A stretch of DNA of 64,000 bases from Guillardia theta CCMP2712 (Eukaryota; Protista; Cryptophyta), in contig NW_005434543.1 of assembly GCF_000315625.1 (NCBI RefSeq), forward strand, positions 55,445 through 119,444. The letters are read 5' to 3'. This document shows positions 40,396-50,020 of this stretch, piece after piece (position 1 is the first letter of the stretch; every line of letters begins with the position of its first letter). The translations under genes were made by a program, and so were the position numbers. The notes under the pieces are model-generated. The model did no database searches and was not told where the DNA came from. It saw nothing but the letters and a program-made list of their open reading frames with translations.

Positions 40396-42675
40396 TCAAT
40401 ATGAAAAGAATCGGCTTCTGCCTATAATATCTTTGAGTGATGTCATGTTGTTATTGTGCACAAAGACCTTATCTACCTCCTTCTCTTTTGTAGTGTTCCG
40501 ATCTGTGTCGGCATCGTTTGAAATAACAGTATCAATAAGTTTGTCCACATCCCTGTCTTGATCAATGTTTTCTACTTCAAACCTCTGTAGACCCACTGGG
40601 CCAGGATTGATCTGGGCCATATCTTGAATGTCTGTTCCCATAATGTTGATATTGTTCATCCAACCAGGCAATAAGTTATTATTCCTTGCAGGCTGGGGTG
40701 CTGGCATCGGTTCACCCCTCTGATAAGGGAACTGTGGAGCATCATCGCGTACTAGCCATTTCTGAAATCCTGTCTGCTGTATTCCCTTGGTTGTATCCAA
40801 GAAGTATTCTAAGTAGAGCATTGGTCTCTCCTTTACATCCTCGAGTAGAAGTTTCAGCTCATTTACCGATCTCCTCACTTCGTATTTTGTCCTGAATATG
40901 TATACAAGAGTCCTTGTGTCGTTTGTGTTGTACTTTCTTAAGGAGGAGTACGACCCATCCCTAAGGTTCATAGTAGCCTGCAGGCTTGCCCCTGCTGCCT
41001 TGCATATGTGTGTGTGTAAAAGAGGATGTCTCGATATAAAGGTGATAAACTCCCGCCTGCTGAGTTTAAACTCTGTCTGCATTTTCCTTGGATCCCTGCA
41101 TATGTAATTCTCCAGGTTCAGACCCTGTTGCAAGAAAACGTCTTCCACAAGATTGAACGCATCGTCCAATGAATTCCACGCGATGGGTGAAAGGGTCCTT
41201 AATTTCTTCTGTGCCTTGACATATTGCTCTGCCAATGTCCTCAGGTACTTGACGTTGAACATGCTCTTCCTTGCTACCTCGGCGTCAAAATTGACCTGCA
41301 CTCTATCTTCTGCATTGGGGATATTTGGATTGATATCATTAATGTTTATCACACCTGGGATATCTATCACATTGTTCGCATTGTTTCGTTGGGCCTGTCT
41401 TACCCTTTCTACCACCATACGCCTGTATTCCGCCGGATTGTTGTTGTATAGCTCAATGTAACCTTTCAATGGATTGAGTTGCATCTCCAGCAACTTTTCC
41501 GCGTTCTTGCGCAGGACGTCGTAGGTTATGATCTCATTCCCCGACGGTATGGCATGATATACGGGTACCATGACCTGGTCCATGCTCAGCATAGTGGCGG
41601 CACCTGCAATCGACTGCGCCACGGATATCTCCAAAATCACGGCCTCTGTCCACTTGTAAAGGATCAACCTCTCCTGCTCCGTTATATTTGCCTCGGGCTG
41701 TAGGTTATACACATGCCCCTCGACACTCCGGTTTGTGATGTAGTTCCTTATATGTCTGTCCGCTGCTCTTTGTTGGCTGTCCTCTGGGTCCCATTGCCTC
41801 CAATCGTTCTCTCGTCTGTATTCGTCTATGTTGATCTCATCGTCGTGGTATGCGTCTAAGTGCTCTATACCTCTTTCAGATGTCAAATCTATGCATTCTC
41901 TTCTGTCAACTTCATCATCGCCATCGATGTTTCTATATTCGTTCATATCTTCATTTATCTTTACCCTCTTGTTTCTTTCTTCATTGAGTATGTTTCCACC
42001 TGAAGACCATCTTTTTGATACTACAGTGTCTATTCTGTCCTTTTCACCAATTAAAAATGTCCTGTTGTGCAATATCTTCCTTTTTCTTTGTCTTTGGGGT
42101 CGGTTCGGATTTTGTGGTGGGTTTGGTGGTACTTGATTTGGTTGTTGTTGTTGATTTGGTGGCTGGTTTTGTGGTTGGTTTGGTTGTTGATTCGGTGGTA
42201 ATAGATGATTCGGATTTGGTTGTTGTTGATTTGGTGGCTGGTTTTGTGGTTGGTTTGGTTGTTGATTTGGTGGTAATAGATGATTTGGATTTGGTTGTTG
42301 TTGATTGGGTTGTGGGTTATGTGGTGGGTTTTGTGGTTGATTTGGTGGCAATAGATGATTCGGATTTGGTTGTTGTTGATTTGGTGGCTGGTTTTGTGGC
42401 TGGTTTTGTGGTTGATTCGGTGGTAATAGATGATTCGGATTTGGTTGTTGTTGATTTGGTGGCTGGTTTTGTGGTGGTGGGTTTGGTGGTCGATTTGGAG
42501 GTAATAGATGATTCGGATTTGGTTGTTGTTGATTTGGTGGCTGGTTTTGTGGTGGTCGATTTGGAGGTAATAGATTGTTTCGGCCTGGTGGTTGTTGATT
42601 GGGTTGTGGGTTTGGTGGCTGATTTGGTGGTAATAGATTGTTTCGACCTGGTGGTTGTCTGTGGTGATTTGACAT
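40396..42675 (-). CDS. hypothetical ~759-aa viral-like protein with N-terminal Pro/Asn/Gln repeats and a basic NLS-like stretch
   Basis: Long intact ORF with first ATG at 42675. RPQRQRKRK follows the repeats. Minus-strand AATAAA at 40343-40348. Confidence 0.8.
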   Translation of the reverse strand: MSNHHRQPPGRNNLLPPNQPPNPQPNQQPPGRNNLLPPNRPPQNQPPNQQQPNPNHLLPPNRPPNPPPQNQPPNQQQPNPNHLLPPNQPQNQPQNQPPNQQQPNPNHLLPPNQPQNPPHNPQPNQQQPNPNHLLPPNQQPNQPQNQPPNQQQPNPNHLLPPNQQPNQPQNQPPNQQQQPNQVPPNPPQNPNRPQRQRKRKILHNRTFLIGEKDRIDTVVSKRWSSGGNILNEERNKRVKINEDMNEYRNIDGDDEVDRRECIDLTSERGIEHLDAYHDDEINIDEYRRENDWRQWDPEDSQQRAADRHIRNYITNRSVEGHVYNLQPEANITEQERLILYKWTEAVILEISVAQSIAGAATMLSMDQVMVPVYHAIPSGNEIITYDVLRKNAEKLLEMQLNPLKGYIELYNNNPAEYRRMVVERVRQAQRNNANNVIDIPGVININDINPNIPNAEDRVQVNFDAEVARKSMFNVKYLRTLAEQYVKAQKKLRTLSPIAWNSLDDAFNLVEDVFLQQGLNLENYICRDPRKMQTEFKLSRREFITFISRHPLLHTHICKAAGASLQATMNLRDGSYSSLRKYNTNDTRTLVYIFRTKYEVRRSVNELKLLLEDVKERPMLYLEYFLDTTKGIQQTGFQKWLVRDDAPQFPYQRGEPMPAPQPARNNNLLPGWMNNINIMGTDIQDMAQINPGPVGLQRFEVENIDQDRDVDKLIDTVISNDADTDRNTTKEKEVDKVFVHNNNMTSLKDIIGRSRFFSY
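42120..42660 (-). repeat. coding tandem repeat, ~75 bp (25 aa, QQQPNPNHLLPPNQPQNQPQNQPPN); 5 good and 2 degenerate copies
   Basis: Directly visible in both DNA and translation. Confidence 0.9.
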
Positions 42676-42717
42676 GATCAATTCTTCTTCTTTTCTTCAA
42701 AGGGACGGGTTATACGG

Positions 42718-42742
42718 TTTATATGGTAATGTAGATATAAAA
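42718..42742. promoter_or_regulatory. back-to-back TATA boxes of a compact divergent promoter
   Basis: TTTATA at 42718-42723 (TATAAA on minus) and TATAAAA at 42736-42742, inside the 95-bp gap between ATGs at 42675 (-) and 42771 (+). Confidence 0.5.
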
Positions 42743-42770
42743 CTCAATGCTCGTGGATACATTATAGAAT

Positions 42771-43151
42771 ATGAGCCGTGTTGAAAGACTAAGGAGTAGC
42801 GTGGGCAAGGTCTGTAATGTAGAGAAGTTCGGTGGCAAGTGCTGTGTGAGCAAGAATGACACCGTTGTACTTTACGATTACGATGAATGGAACGATAGCA
42901 TGCAGGATAAAATCAAGACTAAATTCCCAAACGTCAGCATCACTTGCACCAATGATAAGGCGAGCCTTTCGGGGTTAGTGATTGTATTTGTGTTGACTGA
43001 TTCTGATAGTGATGTCACTTACTATGTGCTTTGGCACGTTTTTGTGAACCTCATGGTAGCTTTTTGTATATACTACGTCCTGATGAGCAAGGTATGCCAA
43101 TGTGGTTGTTCAAGTCTTCATAGCAACCTTCTAATGTGCGACCGGATCTAG
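42771..43151 (+). CDS. hypothetical protein with a C-terminal transmembrane helix
   Basis: 126-aa ORF with hydrophobic YYVLWHVFVNLMVAFCIYYVLM. AATAAA at 43194-43199. Confidence 0.7.
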   Translation: MSRVERLRSSVGKVCNVEKFGGKCCVSKNDTVVLYDYDEWNDSMQDKIKTKFPNVSITCTNDKASLSGLVIVFVLTDSDSDVTYYVLWHVFVNLMVAFCIYYVLMSKVCQCGCSSLHSNLLMCDRI

Positions 43152-43289
43152 CCATAATTTTTCAAAGCAGTTCACATATAAATGAGGAAGTGAAATAAAC
43201 AATATCAAAGAAACAATTGTCAACGCAGCAAGGAATACCAACAATATTTAACAGACTTTTTATCGTTTCGATTCTATTATTGACAAGAG

Positions 43290-45011
43290 ATGAACCAACA
43301 TAACGTAAATTACACATACCATCCCAGGAATGCTGGGTTGCAGGAGCTGGTTGCACCCCAGAGCAATGCTCCTATCCCTCTAGACAAGACTGCTATAGAG
43401 AAGTTGCAGCACCTAAACAAGATCTACAATGAAGGTAAGTATACCAGGATCTGGTTTATTATCAGCTTCTTCATCCACGCTATCCTTTCTTTCCTTCTTC
43501 TGGTTTTAACCCTGTACGGGATGGGGAGGAATGTAGGAAATTTCCCTATCCTACGGACTTCCTTCACGTCCAAATACGGCGATCTTCCCGACACCATCCA
43601 CCCTACCCTTTATGGTATCACCACAATCCTTACTGATCAGGACAAGGGGTTCATGCCAGTGCCAACAGTCCCGGTCAGCTTCCAGGACGTTCCCATCACG
43701 GACGACAGGCGGAAGGACAGCTACTACTACTGTGTCGATGGAACATTGAACTATACCTCTGCCATTGGTGGGACTATCATGGACCAGACCAGAGCCAAGG
43801 GGATCTGCATGGTTGAGCGTTACTCTGCCGTTGCAAATTATGAGAATCATGAATCGAGCATGACATTCTCCTCTGCATGGAGTCCCATGTTTATGATCAC
43901 CGTCTTGATGTGGATCAGCACCTCCTGGCAGCTTCTCTATGTCGACTTCAAGCAGCTCGGTGGTGTGGATAAGAGGTACTACTATGCCGCCTGGCACATC
44001 CTCACCCTCTTTGGCATCATGGTCTTCTCTTATGTCAGGACGAATGATCGGATGGTTCCTAGGAATAACATCATGTTTGCCATTGCTATCTTGGTCTTTA
44101 GCATCATTCAACAGATCTACATCATGAACCGCCATGGAGATATCATCAAGATCTCCGATACTGAGTACCACCGCCAGGATGAGATCAACTTCATCCGCAA
44201 GATGTACCAGGCCATCGAAAACAATGCGAATAGTAACAGGGTGAAGAAGATCTTTACAGAGAAGCAGCTAGGATTCATCGTCCTTCTCTCCGATTGGCTC
44301 TTGCTCCCCCTGTTCTGTATCAGCATCTTCTCTCTTCTCTCTAACAACGTGCTAGAATGGGTCTTCCAGGCCACCTACGTTAGGTACCAATTGATCATCT
44401 TGGGTTTTGTTCTTATTCAACAGCTCAAGGTGGTAGAACAGGTCACTAACATGAAGATGAAGATGTTTAAGAGTTCTAAGAACAGGGCATTGGCTTATGA
44501 ATTCCATCCAAGGCTTGTGATCCTCTTTGCCATCCTCTTTGCCGCTATCAATGAGATCGTGAGCATGACCGATACCTGGACCTCACAGCACGATCACACG
44601 GTGACCCGGACATATTCAAGCTTATACCTTGCCACCATCGTCCTCTACTTCGCCACCGTATCTTATTGCGTTTTCCGCAGGATTGGATCGACTGGTGGGA
44701 CTGTGAGTGAAGATGGTAACGTCTATGGCGTTACAAGGCAGGACGACAAGAGCGGTACAATGATCAACATGGCATCATCCTTTTTGCGGATCGTCTTTGT
44801 AGGCATCCTTCTTGCATATCTTTTCAATGACTATAACAAGTACTCGTGCTGGTCGAGCAGCAAGAGCAAGAGCCTATTCTGTGGTCATGCCAATGCTCTG
44901 AATAATCTCAACAATAGGGATTTCTTGAAGCCAATCGCCATTACGAGTGGAAACGCTACCAGTGTCTACGAGACGCTTTTTAGCTCCATCACCTATGCAC
45001 CCATGATTTAG
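43290..45011 (+). CDS. multi-pass membrane protein, tentatively heliorhodopsin-like (retinal Lys position apparently Arg)
   Basis: 573 aa with about 9 hydrophobic segments. The first helix has a His (IISFFIHAILS), followed by a long Cys-containing loop. The last helix has S-S-F-L-R where heliorhodopsins have S-x-x-x-K. The CDS is well supported, the family call is weak. Confidence 0.6.
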   Translation: MNQHNVNYTYHPRNAGLQELVAPQSNAPIPLDKTAIEKLQHLNKIYNEGKYTRIWFIISFFIHAILSFLLLVLTLYGMGRNVGNFPILRTSFTSKYGDLPDTIHPTLYGITTILTDQDKGFMPVPTVPVSFQDVPITDDRRKDSYYYCVDGTLNYTSAIGGTIMDQTRAKGICMVERYSAVANYENHESSMTFSSAWSPMFMITVLMWISTSWQLLYVDFKQLGGVDKRYYYAAWHILTLFGIMVFSYVRTNDRMVPRNNIMFAIAILVFSIIQQIYIMNRHGDIIKISDTEYHRQDEINFIRKMYQAIENNANSNRVKKIFTEKQLGFIVLLSDWLLLPLFCISIFSLLSNNVLEWVFQATYVRYQLIILGFVLIQQLKVVEQVTNMKMKMFKSSKNRALAYEFHPRLVILFAILFAAINEIVSMTDTWTSQHDHTVTRTYSSLYLATIVLYFATVSYCVFRRIGSTGGTVSEDGNVYGVTRQDDKSGTMINMASSFLRIVFVGILLAYLFNDYNKYSCWSSSKSKSLFCGHANALNNLNNRDFLKPIAITSGNATSVYETLFSSITYAPMI

Positions 45012-45035
45012 ATTTATAAAGGTTTTATTAAATCT

Positions 45036-45356
45036 TTAAAGTGGATATAGCAATTCATAGTCTAATTCACTGTCCTTGCACTTCTTTACATACCGGCTTA
45101 AGGTGATAAGGTATAAGCTGTATAGGTAGATGGTTGATGTGATGACATAGAGTGAGGTGCAAGCCGGGGACTTGGTAGCGTCCTGGCTAGACTTTTGTAG
45201 GTGGTACTGTATAGTGTTTGCTTCGTATCGATAGTTGATAGGGTAGGGCCTGGAGATCGCATCTGCAATCTCTATGGTCAGGTTGTCGGGAATGTATAGA
45301 GTGATGAGCACTGTAAGGGTAAAGACTGTCACGAAAAGGATGGCACTGATTTTCAT
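45036..45356 (-). CDS. small membrane protein with two hydrophobic segments
   Basis: The ATG at 45356 (MKISAILFVTVFTLTVLITLYI) avoids overlap with the upstream gene. Minus-strand AATAAA at 45024-45029. Confidence 0.6.
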   Translation of the reverse strand: MKISAILFVTVFTLTVLITLYIPDNLTIEIADAISRPYPINYRYEANTIQYHLQKSSQDATKSPACTSLYVITSTIYLYSLYLITLSRYVKKCKDSELDYELLYPL

Positions 45357-45360
45357 CGCC

Positions 45361-45876
45361 TTAGTGTTTCTTCCATGTCTTCTGCTCAGGTGCGTTGAAA
45401 TACGGTAGCATTGTGAGTTCATACGTCAACTTGGTGTCCATCATGCAATATTCCTCAAGCTCCTTCAACCTGCCCTCCTTCGCCATCTTGACCGCCTCAT
45501 AACCATTCGAAGTCTTGGTCTTGAGATTGTTACACATCAACGCGCTATCCAACGAGAATGTATGGTTGTGGAGTGACTTGTACTTGTGAAATATATCTAC
45601 TGTCTTTAACAGCCACATCGCAACCCTGTCCGGATCCGCCTTGAATTGCACCTGTACAAATGGTATGTCGAACTGTATCCCGTTGAATGTGCATATCTGA
45701 TCCGCGTCATCCAACTCTCTCATGAACTCTTCCGCTCTCTCCCTCTTTTCCTTGAAGTCACCGACAGTGAAATGGAAACTTTTCTCTTTCCCTATGGCAG
45801 GGTCATAGATGCATATGCAGGTGATTGAATCTTTGTAAAAGTTTAATCCAGTCGTTTCTATATCAAAGGCGAGCAT
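45361..45876 (-). CDS. stand-alone DEDDy 3'-5' exonuclease (RNase H-like fold)
   Basis: ExoI FDIETTGL, ExoII TFNGIQFDIPF, ExoIII EEYCMMD. Confidence 0.85.
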   Translation of the reverse strand: MLAFDIETTGLNFYKDSITCICIYDPAIGKEKSFHFTVGDFKEKRERAEEFMRELDDADQICTFNGIQFDIPFVQVQFKADPDRVAMWLLKTVDIFHKYKSLHNHTFSLDSALMCNNLKTKTSNGYEAVKMAKEGRLKELEEYCMMDTKLTYELTMLPYFNAPEQKTWKKH

Positions 45877-45936
45877 ATCCCCTTCGATACGCTTATGGGT
45901 CTGGCCCGACTATGAAATGATCGATTCTAAAAAGTT

Positions 45937-46236
45937 TTATGAACACCAAGACCTGCAGGTGCGCTTGACGATGGCGTGGACTGAGTTGTGCTTGCTGTTG
46001 CTATTATCATGAAGGCTGCTAGTTGGATCGATGACAGTCCCTAGTCTTTGCGTGCATACAAGGATGTAATCGTTTAGCTCCTGCCTTTTTCTTGTCTGTA
46101 TAATCTGCAGATGGTCCGTTGCGGACGAGCTCTGTATCATGGATTCTTTTTGTAAGAGGCTCTTGAGTGCGGGTGAGGTAATAACGTGATTTTGATTATG
46201 TTTAGAGGATGAGCTGCCATTATTTGAGGATTGCAT
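45937..46236 (-). CDS. hypothetical protein
   Basis: 99-aa ORF that fills the gap between its neighbours without overlap. Confidence 0.5.
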   Translation of the reverse strand: MQSSNNGSSSSKHNQNHVITSPALKSLLQKESMIQSSSATDHLQIIQTRKRQELNDYILVCTQRLGTVIDPTSSLHDNSNSKHNSVHAIVKRTCRSWCS

Positions 46237-46260
46237 TTTTGATCGTGTTAAAACAAAGAA

Positions 46261-46896
46261 ATGAAATCAATACTATTTCGAACCATTTTTTTAAGTGTGT
46301 GCTTATCCATTGCTCTAGCGAATGATATATTGACCGATCACGAAAGTCTGTTCGTTTCTAAGATGCAGGAGGTCTTTATGATAAAGGATGGAAGCATTAT
46401 AGTAGACCCTAAAGATACGACCATTGTCTCTGCACTCCGAAAGGAGATTCGATCTATAATCACAAATTACACCGGGGTGAGCTCGTTGGATGACTTCCGG
46501 AACTCTAGCATAGTCAATGACGATGACATCGTCCTGGTGATCATGCTCGCTGTAATGGGAAACTTCCACAGAAGGAGTGTAACGAATGCTGATGTCTATG
46601 ACGACGTACAGATCGTCTTTGACCCGTTGGACGGCAAGTTTGTCATACTCCAAAACCTAAGGGATACAGAGATGACGGTCTTCAAGGCACTCTTGGTAGT
46701 GTCAGTGGCAGGGCTCCTTCTGATCTTCATGATGGACAAAGACGATAAGAAGAATAGGATTGAAGAAGAGGAGAGGAGGAGGCAAGAAGAGGAAAAGTTG
46801 CGGCAAACGAACGTGAACCTAGAAGCTTTATTCGGCCGAGCAGTGACACCATTGCATACAAATCAAGGAATACATACAATCAAGTTTAGGAAATGA
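46261..46896 (+). CDS. type I membrane protein (signal peptide, TM, charged tail)
   Basis: Signal MKSILFRTIFLSVCLSIALA, TM ALLVVSVAGLLLIFMM, and N-glycosylation sequons NYT and NSS. Confidence 0.75.
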   Translation: MKSILFRTIFLSVCLSIALANDILTDHESLFVSKMQEVFMIKDGSIIVDPKDTTIVSALRKEIRSIITNYTGVSSLDDFRNSSIVNDDDIVLVIMLAVMGNFHRRSVTNADVYDDVQIVFDPLDGKFVILQNLRDTEMTVFKALLVVSVAGLLLIFMMDKDDKKNRIEEEERRRQEEEKLRQTNVNLEALFGRAVTPLHTNQGIHTIKFRK

Positions 46897-46898
46897 TT

Positions 46899-47210
46899 TT
46901 AATCCTTGTCTTGCTTCTTAATGCTGTAGCCGTAAGCATCTTTGATCTCAAAGACTTCAGTGTAGAACCCGCTATCTATCATGAAGTTCAACGACTTTAG
47001 GGAAGATATAACCTTCTCGTTTTCTCTCTGTACTTCACATTTACGGGTGAAATTTGGACAGTGGATGATCTTGTTCAGACATTGCCGCTCGTCCTTGCTG
47101 TAACAGACATTCTCTCGGAGGATTGACGCTATCCCCTTGATGACTATATGGCACGATCTTACCGGGAACGGGTGTAGTACGAATAGCAGCAGTATTATTT
47201 TTGAGTACAT
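46899..47210 (-). CDS. small secreted Cys-containing protein
   Basis: Signal-like MYSKIILLLFVLHPFPVRS and 5 Cys. Converges on the neighbouring stop with a 2-bp gap. Confidence 0.6.
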   Translation of the reverse strand: MYSKIILLLFVLHPFPVRSCHIVIKGIASILRENVCYSKDERQCLNKIIHCPNFTRKCEVQRENEKVISSLKSLNFMIDSGFYTEVFEIKDAYGYSIKKQDKD

Positions 47211-47319
47211 TTCGAATACAACTTGTCACGGACCTTGGAGTTAAGACCTTGAACACAAATCTCTTCAAATCACTCCCCAGTTTCATTGTTTTTCAACCAA
47301 AAAAGGAAAATTACGTCTT

Positions 47320-47574
47320 ATGGGGGTGGGATTTGACGCACTTATCCTGGACGTACAGGAGAGTTCAAACCTCGTCATCGTCTGCCCATTGGAGGAGGCG
47401 TCGGTGATTTGCATAGAGACAGACAAGAACTTGCGCTTTCTATCTAAGCTCTCTCCATATACCCTGGTCCGTATAGAGGGTACAAGTTGGAACCTACAGA
47501 AGAAGAGGTTCGTGGGTGGAGATATCAATATCTTCAACGTCGATTACAGTCATGGCTTTGCAGTGGAGTGTTAG
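47320..47574 (+). CDS. small beta-rich hypothetical protein
   Basis: 84-aa ORF with a short overlap onto the next ATG. Confidence 0.5.
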   Translation: MGVGFDALILDVQESSNLVIVCPLEEASVICIETDKNLRFLSKLSPYTLVRIEGTSWNLQKKRFVGGDINIFNVDYSHGFAVEC

Positions 47575-48472
47575 GATCAAGTACAGCCCAACGGAGTCCA
47601 TTTACAGAACCGTTTCCGCCGAGCTCGATACATGTGGAACATGTGATGTCTTTATTGTGGGCATGGATAAAGCAGTTTGGGTCAAAGACTGCACCCTGAA
47701 TAAGGAGAACAGTGGGTTTTCATTTGAAACCATTGCATCCAAAGACATAAAGCAATTCAAGAAAAACAATGCATGCATAGAATTGATTAATATGCCATTA
47801 TTATGCATGTCATCGAATCCATTGGTTGTCTCCCTTTATGAGGGTGATCTTTATGGTTTTTATCCAGAACAGGGCATTAAGATCTTCAATGTATGCGGGA
47901 AGATCGTCACTATGAAAAGGTGTGATGTGGATGACATATTCAAAAAGGAATACACACCCTGTTTGATCAACAAGCATAGGCAAGTAGTGAGTCTATCACA
48001 TTTGCATGGGAATCTTATGTTCAAGCGACATGGACACTTTCTACTTTTCAAGGGGTTCAAATCGTTGAATGACTTCAATCATGTCATACATGAAGTCTTG
48101 AAAGAAGATATACTGGATAGTAGCGAGGCCCTAATTGATATGCTGTCTGTAAAATGCAACCTTGGCAAGTACATTGGAGTTTCGCATGATTGCCACCTGC
48201 AGAAGCAAATCGAGAAAAAATATAGAGAGTGTGTTTATTTCATACCAAGGACGGACGAGCAGAACAACTGTCTCTACTTCAAGATAACTGATCTGAGGAG
48301 AATGACAGGCAAGTTCTCCTTCAGGCACAAAATACACTGTTGCATCAGCAGAAAAGGCTGTTTCATCGCTAGGATCATATGGAACGGAAAGATAATCTGG
48401 GAAGAGAAAGCACATAATGAGCTGATTGAGATTGTAGGCCACTTGAAAGATCTGTTCAATGAACTCATATGA
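47552..48472 (+). CDS. divergent TATA-binding-protein-like protein
   Basis: GNLMFKRHGHFLLFKGFKSLNDFNHVIHEV resembles the TBP TALIFxSGKMVxTGAKSEDD helix. IDMLSVKCNLGKYI resembles IQNIVxSCDxxFPI. HCCISRKGCF resembles the second-repeat LIFxSGK. First ATG at 47552, AATAAA at 48520-48525. Confidence 0.5.
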   Translation: MALQWSVRIKYSPTESIYRTVSAELDTCGTCDVFIVGMDKAVWVKDCTLNKENSGFSFETIASKDIKQFKKNNACIELINMPLLCMSSNPLVVSLYEGDLYGFYPEQGIKIFNVCGKIVTMKRCDVDDIFKKEYTPCLINKHRQVVSLSHLHGNLMFKRHGHFLLFKGFKSLNDFNHVIHEVLKEDILDSSEALIDMLSVKCNLGKYIGVSHDCHLQKQIEKKYRECVYFIPRTDEQNNCLYFKITDLRRMTGKFSFRHKIHCCISRKGCFIARIIWNGKIIWEEKAHNELIEIVGHLKDLFNELI

Positions 48473-48539
48473 ATCAGTGTACAGAGTTATTTAATTGTAT
48501 ATCAATCCAATTGCAAGATAATAAAAGCAAACGATTGAA

Positions 48540-49952
48540 ATGATACTTCCTAAACTTTTTTATCAAGAGATGAAGAAGATCAAGAGGGTAGAGAAGGATC
48601 CTATCAGTTCAAAGAAATCAAGGGACAGCGTTAAGATACTCAAGTCTAACAAACAGTATGATAAGGATGACATAATCAGGCCAAGGTTTAGAAAACTGAA
48701 CACACCCATGGGCCCTTCGAGATTCGTACCTCTCTCTACTCTCAGAGAGATAGAACTAGAGGATGAAAGCTTGCCCGAACCCAGTAAGGAGTATGTGGAC
48801 TACGAGACCTTGAAACCCTCCAATATCGAGGAGCTCAAGAATGAAGTCAGTGATCTCGTTGAAGAGAACAGCCTCACTTTAGAAGAAGCTGCTGATCTTC
48901 TAGACAAGGCCTATGGGCCAGAGAGGATCTTTGTATGGTTCGTCAAAATCATCATTTTCAACGCATTCATGCTAGGAACACTGGGGTTTGCCATGAGCTT
49001 CCCGAATACCAATTCATCCTTGCCATCCTTTACACTCTGGTCGGCCTGCACCGTTGGGTTTGCATCATTCGTATCCCTGTTTGGTTGTATATTCATTGCC
49101 TTTTCAAGGAGAGTGGTAGAGCTACGTGTGGGTACATTCATGCACGCCATTAACTCGGGTCTTTCCATGTTAACTTCCGTTTCAGTACTTTGGTTCTTTT
49201 ACGGTCTCTTGACGATAGGGAAGAAGGATAGCCCCACAATCATAAACAACCTTTCCAAGCTCTTATGGCCCTTGACGTTTCCTCTGCAAGGCGCACCCTT
49301 CGTGATCGGTGCGTCGTTTATTATCGTCCTCTTCCTCCTCTTCCTTGTGACGTCATACAAGTCCACGCCAGTGAACGGTTCGAATCGAATCTTCATCAAT
49401 CATGGATTCCTTTTCATGGCATCCTTCATGAAAGCATTTATCCAGATCATGTCGAATCGGGGTTACGTTGTCTGTGACCTGAGGGGAAATCCATGGGCTG
49501 GCAATGCAAACACCATATACAGCCTCTGGAACCGCTCGTATGCTATCTGGATCACCGTCAACTCACTTCTCGCAATATCCTTTCTGATCTCGCTCATCGG
49601 CGACCTTAAACTCGACAAGAGGCTTGGGCCTGTCAATGGGAAGTATTTCCCCTATGCAAGGGTAGTGCACAGTGCATTCATCTCTATTGCATACTTGGGA
49701 TTCATGCTTTTTGATGTTAGGTCGTCACAGGGTACACATGACATCATTCAAGCTAGCACTTCCATAGGTAGGACCATGAAAAAGGAAAAGGCGTTTCATA
49801 CCATCTACAACTTCTGCGTGCTTGGACTGTGTGCATTGACCGCCGTCATGGATATCGATTGGTTCCATCTGGTCATCAACGATAGGAAGAGATCGGGTAT
49901 TGACAAGGATAAATTCCATTCAACGCAGATGGAGTATAAAAAAGAGCAGTAA
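48540..49952 (+). CDS. multi-pass membrane protein with a charged N-terminal domain
   Basis: 470 aa with about 8 hydrophobic segments after residue ~125. AATAAA at 49964-49969. Confidence 0.8.
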   Translation: MILPKLFYQEMKKIKRVEKDPISSKKSRDSVKILKSNKQYDKDDIIRPRFRKLNTPMGPSRFVPLSTLREIELEDESLPEPSKEYVDYETLKPSNIEELKNEVSDLVEENSLTLEEAADLLDKAYGPERIFVWFVKIIIFNAFMLGTLGFAMSFPNTNSSLPSFTLWSACTVGFASFVSLFGCIFIAFSRRVVELRVGTFMHAINSGLSMLTSVSVLWFFYGLLTIGKKDSPTIINNLSKLLWPLTFPLQGAPFVIGASFIIVLFLLFLVTSYKSTPVNGSNRIFINHGFLFMASFMKAFIQIMSNRGYVVCDLRGNPWAGNANTIYSLWNRSYAIWITVNSLLAISFLISLIGDLKLDKRLGPVNGKYFPYARVVHSAFISIAYLGFMLFDVRSSQGTHDIIQASTSIGRTMKKEKAFHTIYNFCVLGLCALTAVMDIDWFHLVINDRKRSGIDKDKFHSTQMEYKKEQ

Positions 49953-50020
49953 ACTCCATGACAAATAAATTTAGAAATCAATAATCAATAACAACCTGAC
50001 AATGAATCAAAACCCAGAAT

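Noticed and set aside
42015-42700. Overlapping ORFs 42015-42677 (+) and 42317-42700 (-)
   Set aside because: Alternative-frame read-through of the coding tandem repeat.
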